From a virus (lineage: Duplodnaviria; Caudoviricetes), in the IMG/VR virus record IMGVR_UViG_3300036858_000014, positions 1 to 50,445 of that record: a stretch of DNA of 50,445 nt. One strand, written 5' to 3'. This document shows, piece after piece, positions 1 to 9,291 of this stretch. Both the position numbers and the translations under genes were made by a program. The stretch's first letter is position 1, and every line of letters begins with the position of its first letter. The notes under the pieces were generated by a model that was given only the letters and a program-made list of their open reading frames with translations, was not told the DNA's origin and searched no databases.

Positions 1-127
1 CCCGCGCAACGGGGGCAGTACGGGCGCTGTAACCTGTCTGGAATTTGAGCAGCGGTACGTTTTTAGCGGCGATGATATGCGGGCGCGTACCCTGATCGAC
101 ATATGTCCAGATTTTTTTGTGTATCCC
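1..127. repeat. Terminal direct repeat, identical to 50319-50445 (circular assembly overlap)
   Basis: Exact 127-bp match at both ends, and an ORF reads in frame across the join. Confidence 0.95.
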
Positions 128-331
128 GGTCGGTTCTATACGGATAGTCTGTAACGTTCGCTGGCGGATTTTGACCGCCTTAAAGCGCGGTTTATGCGTC
201 CACTGCCTAACGACTTTTTCATGTTCGGCAAGTAACTCGTTAGCCGTGTCGTTTAGCGTAATCGCCATTTCACGGTCAGCAGCATTCTTTTGTTTGCGGA
301 TGATGCGGGCAAACTGTAGTTTGGTGGGCAT
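1..331 (-). CDS. 5' part of a HK97 gp10-like neck/tail-completion protein (167 aa) that spans the origin
   Basis: ATG at 331 (MPTKLQFARII...YVDQGTRPHII...). It continues through the circular join to TAG at 50146-50148; 504 nt in total. Confidence 0.75.
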   Translation of the reverse strand, partial: MPTKLQFARIIRKQKNAADREMAITLNDTANELLAEHEKVVRQWTHKPRFKAVKIRQRTLQTIRIEPTGIHKKIWTYVDQGTRPHIIAAKNVPLLKFQTGYSARTAPVAR

Positions 332-334
332 GGG

Positions 335-360
335 AAATAAAAACGCCCCTTTCGGAGCGC
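335..360 (-). terminator. Intrinsic terminator-like hairpin
   Basis: Minus strand GCGCUCC-GAAA-GGGGCGU followed by UUUUAUUU. Confidence 0.6.
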
Positions 361-379
361 CTCTGTTTATCTTTGTGGG

Positions 380-1036
380 TTAATCCCAGTCGTATTTTAA
401 ACTTATCAACTGGTTAATAAACGTAATCCTATCACGCGCAAGGTCTGTCCGCATGTTTACAGTGATGTCTCGAATGTAAATAGGATGATCTACTTTAACG
501 GGCTCTGTATATGTTTGAATTAGCGCCCGTTGAAATGCCCAATCCTCACCACCTATTTCAAAATCCGCATCATACCCCCCTGCGCTTATCCAACTCTGTT
601 TATGGAATAGCATTGTGGCTTGACATACATTCTTGCGTGTAACCATCCCCGGCGGTGGAGCTATAATCGTTTCGCCTTTTTCTATCCAATTACCGTATAT
701 CCACTTATCCTCTTGATACCCTTCATAGAGATATTTTATGCCGTCTGGTAGTAATTGGTCATCAGCATCTAATGGCACAATTAAATCCATTGCTGCCCGA
801 TGCACTCCTAAATTACGCGCATACACTACACCGCTATGAAACGGGAGTTCAATGTATTCAATATGGTGATGTTGTTTTGTAAAATGTGCGACGGTTTCAC
901 GGGTGTAATCATGAGAACAATCATCAATGATAAGGATTTGGGCTGCATTAGCGCTTAATGCACTATCAATAGCACGCCCTATCATACCTCCCATACAATA
1001 TGTCGGGATAATTACCGTTACTGGATAGGGTGTCAT
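380..1036 (-). CDS. Glycosyltransferase family 2
   Basis: VTVIIPTY, IIDDCSHD, ARNLG, LDADD, GGYD..EDW motifs. Start moved to 1036 because of the ATGA overlap with the upstream stop. Confidence 0.9.
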   Translation of the reverse strand: MTPYPVTVIIPTYCMGGMIGRAIDSALSANAAQILIIDDCSHDYTRETVAHFTKQHHHIEYIELPFHSGVVYARNLGVHRAAMDLIVPLDADDQLLPDGIKYLYEGYQEDKWIYGNWIEKGETIIAPPPGMVTRKNVCQATMLFHKQSWISAGGYDADFEIGGEDWAFQRALIQTYTEPVKVDHPIYIRDITVNMRTDLARDRITFINQLISLKYDWD

Positions 1037-2175
1037 AACTTGCCCCCCTGCCCTAATGCGGAATATTTGACTATCCGCCACGCTTCTATTTCCCCGCGCG
1101 TTATGCCAAGCGGATTACCCACGTCAGACGGTTGTAACAAATCGCGCGGCATAGGGTCACGGTCGGTCGTAAAGCGGTCAAGACGTTGATCCCACAAGTT
1201 GCACAACGTTTGCGATACCTTGCTATTGGCAAGGCGCGTAAGTGCCATCTCAAAACGATGATCTATAAAACCGTTTACCAGCGGATAGCCCGCCAGATAG
1301 TACACATCAACACTTTCGGGCGGATACTGCCAGTTAATCATATTGCAGTCGCACAAGCGCACTTGGAATATCCCTAACTGGCTGTCTACGCTGCGTATCG
1401 CGGCGGCGGTAGATGTGCTTGTGGCATTCCCTAGCCCGCAGTTTGAGCAGCTATAAGCGTTATCCTGTATCACAAAGGCCTGTGAAGTATCCGTATAGAC
1501 GCGGTACACGTCACAAGCAGTAATGAAATCGTTCGGGTTACTGGTATTCGCTGTGTTGATGGTTTCGTAGTTGTTGTTATCGTACAGATACGGTAGCTTC
1601 CAAATGGACGGCTGTACGCCTAGCGCCCGGTGAAAGCGTATCGTCGCGGTGTTACCTGACTTCGTAACCCGCGCGGGTTCGATTTGCCACTGCTCATTTG
1701 CCGCGCTCTCTGCCCCGTCTGCAACGCGAAAGAACGCCTGAATTTCAGCAGCGTCAACAGTGGTTGTAACCGTTACCGTTGCTAAGTCTAGAATACCATC
1801 CCCATCGCTATCAGAATACGCAACAGCAGCATCCGCTTGGATAACGGTTGTCGCGCGTTGACCGTAGGCTTGCACATATCCCCATTGGGTGCGTAATTTC
1901 TGAAGCTGGTAGGGGGAGGCGTTGTTAATTGGAATCCGTTCACCGACATACACCGGACGGGGGAAATAGCCTAAGTAGGTCGATAGCAGTTCCCACGCCT
2001 GATTAAGCGTACTGGTGATTTCGTCGCGCGGCGGTTGCGTGTAGACGGGTTTCCCGCCTTCTTTAAGGGGAACGCCCGCGCCCAACACCTGATTAAAGCG
2101 CCAAATGTTTTCACCCATGACCCGCTGCCACATGTTAAGGGTGTTATAGGTAGGAATATGAAATGAGACAGCCAT
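1033..2175 (-). CDS. Putative head-tail adaptor
   Basis: Lies between capsid and neck genes; A...LSTYLGYFP and VDVYYLAGY...MALTRLA patterns typical of adaptors. Confidence 0.55.
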   Translation of the reverse strand: MAVSFHIPTYNTLNMWQRVMGENIWRFNQVLGAGVPLKEGGKPVYTQPPRDEITSTLNQAWELLSTYLGYFPRPVYVGERIPINNASPYQLQKLRTQWGYVQAYGQRATTVIQADAAVAYSDSDGDGILDLATVTVTTTVDAAEIQAFFRVADGAESAANEQWQIEPARVTKSGNTATIRFHRALGVQPSIWKLPYLYDNNNYETINTANTSNPNDFITACDVYRVYTDTSQAFVIQDNAYSCSNCGLGNATSTSTAAAIRSVDSQLGIFQVRLCDCNMINWQYPPESVDVYYLAGYPLVNGFIDHRFEMALTRLANSKVSQTLCNLWDQRLDRFTTDRDPMPRDLLQPSDVGNPLGITRGEIEAWRIVKYSALGQGGKL

Positions 2176-2177
2176 AG

Positions 2178-4181
2178 TTACGCCTTAACCGCATTCGCTA
2201 ATGTGTCGTGTGGGTCAGTCATGACTTCCCGCCAGTTATGCCCTTCAGTGTATTGCAGATGTTCCCAGTCACGTACATCAATCACCATCTGACGACTTGC
2301 GGACGGGTTGTATACGTAGGGTGTATTCGACACCCTACCCATTACCCCGAACTGGTCAGTACGGCGGCCTGTATATTCAATCACGACACTACGCCGTATC
2401 GTCTTTTTGATGCTCGGCAGGATTTCGTGAATAAGCTCATAGACGCGCTGTTTAAAGGTGTGATGCTCTCTAACCCATGCCGCGCCCGCTTGTGCGATTG
2501 CAGCCCGCTTGACAGCGTTTTCAGGGGCAAGCCAGAAGCGCACCTTGTTTTGGAGATCAATGAAATCATCCCATGTCACATAATGGACGCCCGCTTGCAA
2601 GCCCGTGAGTTCATCAATATCCGTAACCACCTGATGCAAAAGTAACCCGCCGCCGCAAGCAAGGGTTTCAAAGAAACGGTTCGATACGAAGCCGCGATGT
2701 TCACGGTACTGGTTATCCCCGATTACAAGGGCAGCATTTGCCATCACGCCCCATGAACGCCTAAAGTCATAGGTGGTATCAAGTGCTTCGCGGCCTATCC
2801 TATCCCACATATCCCCATAGATACCGATGTTAATCCCCTCTTTTTCGAGGTCAATCAGGGCAAACCCTAAATCAGCGCGGGCTTGACTGTAACAACTGCC
2901 CATAAACACCGCATCATGCGCGGGCATGGTCGTATCAATAACGTCAGGTTGCTCATGCCCAATTTGCCAGTATGCAGCGGGTATCCCTAACTCCTGATAC
3001 TTGGGGAGCAAGTGCGGATTAACGACCAGCTGCAAGTCTATCTCGCGTAACAGTTGGGTAATCTCGCCCCTTGTGAGCGACCATTCCCACACATCCCCAT
3101 TCCAGTTTACCCAAACGGCGTTGGGGATACGCATCCGCAGCCGGACAAGCATCGGGGCTGTGACCACATCCGCGCCGTGAAACTGGCTGATAACCAAGTG
3201 CGGTTTAAAGTCCGCTAACGCCGTGCCTAAAATCGCTTCCAATTCATCATGCTTGACCGCAACTTGACGGTTATCTGAGTCGCCGTAGTACAGTCCTAAG
3301 TAATCAAACTGGTGAACAATAAACCGTTCCTGTAAGGCTTTTAGCAGCCCATTCTTTTGCGCCCGCGCGGTAGCATGGTGCTTGCCCGGTTCAAAGATGG
3401 GCAGGTAAAACACCCTTAATTGCATCGCGTCCTGATTATCAATCGCGGGGGATGGTTGCACTTGTGCGCCATTCGGGAAGAGTCGGTAAAACTCGTGACT
3501 GTCCCCATGTCCACCCGGAACGAACTCAGGACTTCCACCGTTGACTTGGCGTAAGGTATCTGCCGCAACATAATCATGGATCGTGCATCCCGAAACGGCG
3601 TCAACTGTATAACCCAACTCCCAAATATTGGAGGATAAAAGATTGTCACCCGCGTAAGTACGTGCTTTGAACGCTTGCTCTGCATACCCCCTCCACCAGT
3701 TAACCTTATCGCCTAACCACTTGCGAAACATCCCGACTTGCGCGTACACAATGCCCTTCTGTTCACCGTTGACGATACCCATTTGATAGGCCACATCATA
3801 CTTACCAGCGGGTTTATCGCGGTTGTCAGCAAATGCGACCGCGCCACATGTAGGGGTGTTTTCAAGGTGTACGAGGGCGCGTACAATACCGTTATCCATG
3901 AACTGAATATCGTCATTCGCAAGGATTACGTATTTCCCCTGCGCTGCATGGGCGCCTTCCGTAAAGGCATCGATTGCGCCTCTGAGTTCGCCGTGTTCGA
4001 TAAGGTGTAGATCAGGTTGCGACTTGCACCATTCAATTGTGCCGTCTGTACTGCCCCCGTCAACAATCACAAACTCATACGGAATACCGTCAGGGATGCG
4101 AACGCGGGCGCTGGTGAGCATTTGCTGTAACAGCGTTAGGCGGTTATATGTTCCAGAGACGATACTAATCAACGGTTGCAT
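2178..4181 (-). CDS. Fused GT2 plus GT-B (CgeB/Glyco_trans_1_2-like) glycosyltransferase with C-terminal extension
   Basis: N-terminal LISIVSGTYNR, IVDGGSTDGT, ANDD; C-terminal FVSNRFFETLACGG and EHHTFKQRV. GGAG RBS and TAATG overlap place the start at 4181. Confidence 0.88.
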   Translation of the reverse strand: MQPLISIVSGTYNRLTLLQQMLTSARVRIPDGIPYEFVIVDGGSTDGTIEWCKSQPDLHLIEHGELRGAIDAFTEGAHAAQGKYVILANDDIQFMDNGIVRALVHLENTPTCGAVAFADNRDKPAGKYDVAYQMGIVNGEQKGIVYAQVGMFRKWLGDKVNWWRGYAEQAFKARTYAGDNLLSSNIWELGYTVDAVSGCTIHDYVAADTLRQVNGGSPEFVPGGHGDSHEFYRLFPNGAQVQPSPAIDNQDAMQLRVFYLPIFEPGKHHATARAQKNGLLKALQERFIVHQFDYLGLYYGDSDNRQVAVKHDELEAILGTALADFKPHLVISQFHGADVVTAPMLVRLRMRIPNAVWVNWNGDVWEWSLTRGEITQLLREIDLQLVVNPHLLPKYQELGIPAAYWQIGHEQPDVIDTTMPAHDAVFMGSCYSQARADLGFALIDLEKEGINIGIYGDMWDRIGREALDTTYDFRRSWGVMANAALVIGDNQYREHRGFVSNRFFETLACGGGLLLHQVVTDIDELTGLQAGVHYVTWDDFIDLQNKVRFWLAPENAVKRAAIAQAGAAWVREHHTFKQRVYELIHEILPSIKKTIRRSVVIEYTGRRTDQFGVMGRVSNTPYVYNPSASRQMVIDVRDWEHLQYTEGHNWREVMTDPHDTLANAVKA

Positions 4182-4633
4182 TAGACCGTCTCCGGTAGCG
4201 GGTTTAAAAACATTTCCCAAGACAAGAGATATACCCTGTCCATATCCTCAATGCTCATAGATGTGCTACCTATACCGTCATAACGATAAAACTTACACGC
4301 CCTCACAAACTCATCAGCGTTCAATCCCAGTAACGCACATGCCGCAATCTCGCAAAAATTTAGCAAGGATTGGCGGGTAGTGGAGATATAATCTTCTAGC
4401 GGTATGTACATCATCAGTAACACGCTGGCGGGCAAGGCCGCCCCTCTATCGCACATCCCGGCGGTGGCGTAATGCACGGCGACGGGGTTGGGCGTATCGG
4501 ATAGGTGCAAGCGGGTAGCAGAATGAGAACCGTGATAACGAAGGCGCGTAGGGTTGCTTTGTTCATTTCGCTGTTGTCTTTCGCTTACGTGTCGCTTTCG
4601 GTTTCGTATCGACTGCAATCCCCTTTGCTGCAA
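4181..4633 (-). CDS. Hypothetical protein (true start probably further downstream)
   Basis: ORF fills the gap in the operon and its stop overlaps the next start. Confidence 0.4.
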   Translation of the reverse strand: MQQRGLQSIRNRKRHVSERQQRNEQSNPTRLRYHGSHSATRLHLSDTPNPVAVHYATAGMCDRGAALPASVLLMMYIPLEDYISTTRQSLLNFCEIAACALLGLNADEFVRACKFYRYDGIGSTSMSIEDMDRVYLLSWEMFLNPLPETV

Positions 4634-5318
4634 TCTTACGCGGGGCAGTATCTACCGCAACGGGCGCTTGATGTATCTTGTTCGGTTGTGTAATCAATAG
4701 TCCGCAATCGCTCGGTTCAATGAGGTACGTTTCGTATTCAATCCCGGCGGCATCATACCCCGCAACAACCCGTTCACCGACGATAGGGTGCAAGGCATCA
4801 TGGGCAACCAGTACACCGCCTGTAATCAACACACGTGGCGCTTCTAAGCCTATCGCTTCGCACGTCACCTCATCATGCCACAAATCCTCAAAGAGCAAAT
4901 GTACGCTGTCGTCGGGTAGACTCTTAAGGTATTCCAGAGCATCGGTATGCACAGGGGTAATGTACGCGCGTAAGTCGTCAGGGATATAACTACCGCTAGA
5001 CTCTTGCGTATCAACGGTAATAACCCGCCCCGCGCCGCCGCGCTTGTGGCAAGCCAGCGCCATATGTGCTGCTGATGCACCGTACTGCGTACCAAGTTCT
5101 ACAATGTTACCTGTCACCTCAAGCGCCCGGACAAGGGCGTAAAGTACCTGTCCCTCCACGCCAAAGAGTGAGCCGATAGGGAACATGCCGCGCCCGTTAT
5201 CCCATCCGGTAAAATAATCTTCACGGGCGTAAGCGATTAGCGCGGCGGCGTCAAGGTCAAGCTGTTTCGCAATCGCGATTAGGGCTTGTTCAAGATTCAT
5301 GCTTTGCTGTGTTGTCAT
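4563..5318 (-). CDS. Class I SAM-dependent (O-)methyltransferase, Methyltransf_24-like
   Basis: IVELGTQYGAS, VITVD, LLFEDLWH, GGVLVAHD motifs; basic low-complexity tail. Confidence 0.85.
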   Translation of the reverse strand: MTTQQSMNLEQALIAIAKQLDLDAAALIAYAREDYFTGWDNGRGMFPIGSLFGVEGQVLYALVRALEVTGNIVELGTQYGASAAHMALACHKRGGAGRVITVDTQESSGSYIPDDLRAYITPVHTDALEYLKSLPDDSVHLLFEDLWHDEVTCEAIGLEAPRVLITGGVLVAHDALHPIVGERVVAGYDAAGIEYETYLIEPSDCGLLITQPNKIHQAPVAVDTAPRKIAAKGIAVDTKPKATRKRKTTAK

Positions 5319-6094
5319 TCAATAACATCCTTCCCCCAATACGGATGATCTTGCATCCAATCCGGCAGGTAGTCGCGCGGGTCAACGGGTTCAGGATTCC
5401 AAAACCGCTTGCTTACCGGATGAACATCAACAACCTCATTATGCTCATACTTGCTCATGAAATCAGGGCGCAATTCGGACTGATGCCCATGTCCACCTGC
5501 CCACTTGTACCGCTGATATTCAACCGGAACGGCATAACCGAAGTGGCAAATATGGCGCTTTTCACCCGTTTCACCACGCGGGATATACGACTGCCCTATG
5601 CGTTGATAGAACTCATTCGAGGCTTTTGGGTAGGTAATGCGCTGCGGCATCTGTCCATCGTTCACAATCGCGCGGTTGAATGAGCGCCAAAAGTGGACAA
5701 ATGGTACAAGCCAATGCCGCCGTCCTTCCCGCATCGCAACGTCATAATTCTGGAACGCGAGTTGCGCCAGCGCCGGATTCCACACCTCATCACTATCGAC
5801 ACTTAAGATTATGTCGGCATCGGGTGCAAACGTGTAAATGGCGTCCCGGTGTTCGCCCTCTAATCGCCAGTCGCCTTGCACCCACCGCAGTTTATCCCCC
5901 GCCGCTTGACGGGCTATCGCGTACAATTCACGCGGGTTGTCAGGACATGGCACAGCCGTTTGCTGATTACCGTTGTGCGAGGGGCGCTCGGCGTACAGAA
6001 TATGAAACTCATCTACAGCGTACAGCAGTGACCGAATAGCGGCGGCAAGATAGGGTTTACCGTAATGCAGCGGCATGAAAGCGATGGTTTTCAT
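5315..6094 (-). CDS. Putative GT-A fold glycosyltransferase
   Basis: YLAAAIRS, EGEHRD, ILSVDSDEVW (DxD), ICHFGYA. Start at 6094 (ATGA overlap). Confidence 0.7.
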   Translation of the reverse strand: MKTIAFMPLHYGKPYLAAAIRSLLYAVDEFHILYAERPSHNGNQQTAVPCPDNPRELYAIARQAAGDKLRWVQGDWRLEGEHRDAIYTFAPDADIILSVDSDEVWNPALAQLAFQNYDVAMREGRRHWLVPFVHFWRSFNRAIVNDGQMPQRITYPKASNEFYQRIGQSYIPRGETGEKRHICHFGYAVPVEYQRYKWAGGHGHQSELRPDFMSKYEHNEVVDVHPVSKRFWNPEPVDPRDYLPDWMQDHPYWGKDVIE

Positions 6095-6252
6095 GCCGAT
6101 TTGCGCCAACTGCTAATAAAGGGCATCATCAAAGCCCCGCCAAAAGCAGCAAATCCTGTTATTGTAGGGTTAGCGCCACTACTGTATATCGCTGCTAAAA
6201 CAACAATGCCCACGATAAACATGATAATATTTGCTATCGTTTTTGCTGTCAT
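6091..6252 (-). CDS. Small two-TM membrane protein
   Basis: MTAKTIANIIMFIVGIVVLAAIY...; GGGGGA RBS; overlaps both neighbours. Confidence 0.6.
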   Translation of the reverse strand: MTAKTIANIIMFIVGIVVLAAIYSSGANPTITGFAAFGGALMMPFISSWRKSA

Positions 6253-6665
6253 CATTCCCCCTGTTTTGCTGTCAAAATATCCACAATCTCGCCTAGCCAA
6301 CTTACTTGCTCTCGTAACGCCTGTATCTGCATACAGAAGTCGGGTGATTTTGTCGCCAGTTCCACAGCCCACTCGTTGAGTAGGTCATAGTAGAATGCCG
6401 CATGTACGATGATTGACTTGCGCGTCGGGTTGTCGTTGAGCATCGCTAATGTGCTATCGTGCGCTGCTACCGTCTTGCCGACAATCTCGCCCTTGCGTAA
6501 TTCACTCATTACCAGCGCCATGTTCGCAGTCGTTTGCAAAGTGATAAGCATCGGTTTTAGGATGCGGAAGGGTACGCGGTTAAGTGGCATATTAGATGTC
6601 ATAGGCATTCCAGACTTCGACATGTTGCCCGTATAGTACGCTGTCTGGATTGTTGTTGTGAACAA
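6252..6665 (-). CDS. Hypothetical protein
   Basis: ORF in operon; start uncertain. Confidence 0.5.
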   Translation of the reverse strand: MFTTTIQTAYYTGNMSKSGMPMTSNMPLNRVPFRILKPMLITLQTTANMALVMSELRKGEIVGKTVAAHDSTLAMLNDNPTRKSIIVHAAFYYDLLNEWAVELATKSPDFCMQIQALREQVSWLGEIVDILTAKQGE

Positions 6666-6861
6666 GCATAGATAAACCGCAGGCTAAATCAGCGCGAACT
6701 AAAGGCGCTAAAAAATGGTCAAAATTGAGTAATGATTCAAAACACTGATAGGCTTTATACCATTCCGCAAACTCAAAACGCCGTACAATAGCGCGAATGA
6801 TTCGCCGCTGCTGCATAGCGTTAATAGCTTTTACGGTGTGCTTGTTTTCGTATTCCACCAT
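6592..6861 (-). CDS. Hypothetical protein
   Basis: ORF abuts the upstream stop codon. Confidence 0.5.
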   Translation of the reverse strand: MVEYENKHTVKAINAMQQRRIIRAIVRRFEFAEWYKAYQCFESLLNFDHFLAPLVRADLACGLSMLVHNNNPDSVLYGQHVEVWNAYDI

Positions 6862-7629
6862 CTATAACGCCCCCTCTACCCAACTGCGAAACGGTTTCTC
6901 AATGCATAAAAACTCATACAGCGCCGCGCCATAACTACTCACATCCATATCCCGCGCTTTCAGTAGCCCATCGGGTAGCTGGTTATACGTACCGCGCATA
7001 AAGTGGTGCTGTCCAAACGGGCTAGGGTCTACCATTGACTCAGCATACAGCGGCATTCGATACGCGGCGGCTATCGCCCATCGTAACGGCGCAATCGTGG
7101 CAACGTTATCATGCTGGTGAATGTGAAGCATAATCCGCGCACTCAGCAAAGCATTGTGGCGGTTATCACCCCATGTATTCCCCGCGACGTTAACATGTAA
7201 GCCGCGCTCATGTAGGTTTTGCAGCATGTTACCGCGCCGCCATGCTTGGCTGTAGCCTAAGAAAATCGCGTCATGTTGCCATGACACCGCGCCGCCGGGG
7301 TTCAAACCGGGATGGCTGCCTAACGGTACAAACCGCGCGCCGATTTTCCGCGCGTGCCATGCGTCAGAAGTCCACTTTTCAGCAACACCGGGCGGGCATG
7401 GGTCGGACGCTGCCTCCCATTCCAACTGCCACCAAATCAGTCGTGCTTGTGCTTGTGACCAGTCGCCCCATTCGCCGTTACGCGGGGCTATCACATAGCA
7501 TTTGCTAGGGTCGTGAATGTCCATTTCGTCAATGTAACAAACGGGATACCCTGACAACTCCGCAAGGCGAAAGAAATCATTGTACGGGTCGTATTGGTAG
7601 CGTGTGCGAACGAATGTAACGTCAGTCAT
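6862..7629 (-). CDS. Putative GT-B fold glycosyltransferase
   Basis: VPLGSHP, DAIFLGY..RR, WGDNR..LLSARIMLHIHQ, PLRW..AAY..P..AE resemble a GT-B nucleotide-sugar binding domain. Confidence 0.65.
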   Translation of the reverse strand: MTDVTFVRTRYQYDPYNDFFRLAELSGYPVCYIDEMDIHDPSKCYVIAPRNGEWGDWSQAQARLIWWQLEWEAASDPCPPGVAEKWTSDAWHARKIGARFVPLGSHPGLNPGGAVSWQHDAIFLGYSQAWRRGNMLQNLHERGLHVNVAGNTWGDNRHNALLSARIMLHIHQHDNVATIAPLRWAIAAAYRMPLYAESMVDPSPFGQHHFMRGTYNQLPDGLLKARDMDVSSYGAALYEFLCIEKPFRSWVEGAL

Positions 7630-7792
7630 TTTTACGAGAAAATAAAAGCATAAAACTGCCTATTGATAATGCAGCACATAGCCATAAAAGGAACTTATCG
7701 AAATGGATACTTGTCGATATATTAACTGATGCCCACCATGCCCACAGACTGAGTATAATAAGTACAAGCACGCCTATAACTATGTTCCTCAC
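7622..7792 (-). CDS. Small membrane protein (56 aa, not in the ORF track)
   Basis: GTG start overlaps the upstream TGA; MRNIVIGVLVLIILSLWAWW...FLLWLCAALSIGSFMLLFSRKND. Confidence 0.55.
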   Translation of the reverse strand: MRNIVIGVLVLIILSLWAWWASVNISTSIHFDKFLLWLCAALSIGSFMLLFSRKND

Positions 7793-7992
7793 ACTTCCCC
7801 CTCGTACTCTTGCCGTAGCGTGCGCGTCTTGGTATCAGCTACCAAGTGATACCGCGCCCCCGGCGGTAATGCGTTCCACGTTTCAGCGTTGACGCCTAAG
7901 ATAACAAATGTGTCATCATCTACGGCGGGCGCTTCCGGTTCATCCGGTTCACCGCTTAGGCTGTTGAGATAATCCTTTTCGTTCGGTGTCAT
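7789..7992 (-). CDS. Hypothetical protein
   Basis: Purine-rich RBS; coupled to neighbours. Confidence 0.6.
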   Translation of the reverse strand: MTPNEKDYLNSLSGEPDEPEAPAVDDDTFVILGVNAETWNALPPGARYHLVADTKTRTLRQEYEGEV

Positions 7993-8121
7993 CTACCCTC
8001 TCCCCCACTTCTTACTTGCCAGCATCCGAAACATGCCCGCTAGGAATAGCGATACACCGACTACACCTGTTACGCAGCCAAGCGAGTACGCGCCTAGGAG
8101 TGCAACTGTGTTACTGTCCAT
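7993..8121 (-). CDS. Small single-TM protein (42 aa, not in the ORF track)
   Basis: MDSNTVALLGAYSLGCVTGVVGVSLFLAGMFRMLASKKWGRG fills the gap exactly. Confidence 0.5.
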   Translation of the reverse strand: MDSNTVALLGAYSLGCVTGVVGVSLFLAGMFRMLASKKWGRG

Positions 8122-8380
8122 AATCCCATCCTGTGTACTTGTGCGCTAACATCGCTAACCCCGCTGATGCAATCGTTGCGACCACATCCAAGCGGGTTAC
8201 AGCTATCGACAACACGACGGATACCCAAAACGCCGTACAGACAATACACTCAAGCAGCTTTAAGCCTACCCGCTGGTCAAGGTTGCGCAGGTGTATGAAC
8301 ATGCCAAAAAGCCCGTGCGTTTTCGTGAGCGCGTGGGCAAGATACCATGTAGCGAGTGCTTGTGTAACGAGGATTTCCAA
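8111..8380 (-). CDS. DUF1360-like membrane protein
   Basis: GLF..F..LR and LLECIVCTAFWVS (CxxC..W) plus hydrophobic segments. Confidence 0.6.
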   Translation of the reverse strand: MEILVTQALATWYLAHALTKTHGLFGMFIHLRNLDQRVGLKLLECIVCTAFWVSVVLSIAVTRLDVVATIASAGLAMLAHKYTGWDYGQ

Positions 8381-8384
8381 CGGG

Positions 8385-9287
8385 TTATGCTGTCCGTTTT
8401 TGTGCTGTCTGCGCTAATTGTAACACAGTATCCAAATCAGGCGCAATAGGCGCGGTCGGTGACAGCGGTTTCCACAAATTAGGCTTGGCTTCGTAGTCAC
8501 GCTTATCAACCCACAGTGTAGCACCATGCCCAACGCGCGGGTACTTTTTGCCGCTGATTAAACCGACCTCGTGACGCGGCGGATACAGCGCTTGCACCTC
8601 GATAGCCCCTTCAAAGTAGGTATTGGCTATTTGTCCGGTCGCTACGGTAGAACTTCCACAGCACATGTCAGCATATCTCCCATACTTGGCTTGTAAACGG
8701 TCGTAATGATTGCGAACAAAGGTTTCTTGATGAGGGTTCTTTTGGTGATTGGTCGCACTTGCGCCTAAATGTATTCGGTAGTTGACCAGCGGTTTTGCAA
8801 CCCGCTTGACGCGTAACCCGGCAAGGTGGAGACGGATATACAAGTCCTCATCTTCCCCGCCGCGCATGGTTTCATCAAATCCCCCGACAGCTTCAAAAGC
8901 CAACCGGGGGAGTAACGTTGTGATGATGTGCGCCATACCGTCTCGAATGATATGAAACCCTTCGTTTGCATAGCGCACAGTATCGCCTACTTGCCAGTCT
9001 GTGTACACATACCGATTACCGCCCCCACTCGCCAGCCATGCCCCTACCGTTTCGTCAAGAAACCCCGGCGCTAATGTATCGTCAGCGTCAAGGAATACGA
9101 TAAACGGCGCGGTTGATTGTGCAACCCCTGTATTCCGCGCCCATGCCGCGCCTTGTTCACGGCTGTCGTAAACGACTTGCACGTCAACCGAATAGGTTTG
9201 GTTACAGGCGCTGGCGATTGCATCGTCAACGACCGCATAATGATGCGGCGCGACGGGAATGATAATGCTGGCGAGTGAGCTGGGCAT
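8385..9287 (-). CDS. Glycosyltransferase family 2 with C-terminal extension
   Basis: ASIIIP, GAAWARNTG, IVFLDADD, VGGFDE..GGEDEDL; an extra domain begins at MCCG. Confidence 0.9.
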   Translation of the reverse strand: MPSSLASIIIPVAPHHYAVVDDAIASACNQTYSVDVQVVYDSREQGAAWARNTGVAQSTAPFIVFLDADDTLAPGFLDETVGAWLASGGGNRYVYTDWQVGDTVRYANEGFHIIRDGMAHIITTLLPRLAFEAVGGFDETMRGGEDEDLYIRLHLAGLRVKRVAKPLVNYRIHLGASATNHQKNPHQETFVRNHYDRLQAKYGRYADMCCGSSTVATGQIANTYFEGAIEVQALYPPRHEVGLISGKKYPRVGHGATLWVDKRDYEAKPNLWKPLSPTAPIAPDLDTVLQLAQTAQKRTA

Positions 9288-9291
9288 CGGT

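Noticed and set aside
1-127. Biological terminal repeat of the virion DNA
   Set aside because: 127 bp equals a common assembler k-mer and the repeat falls mid-gene, so it is best read as assembly overlap.
6091-6372. 93-aa ORF starting MGCGTG
   Set aside because: It overlaps the upstream gene by ~120 nt; the RBS and overlap favour a start at 6252/6255.
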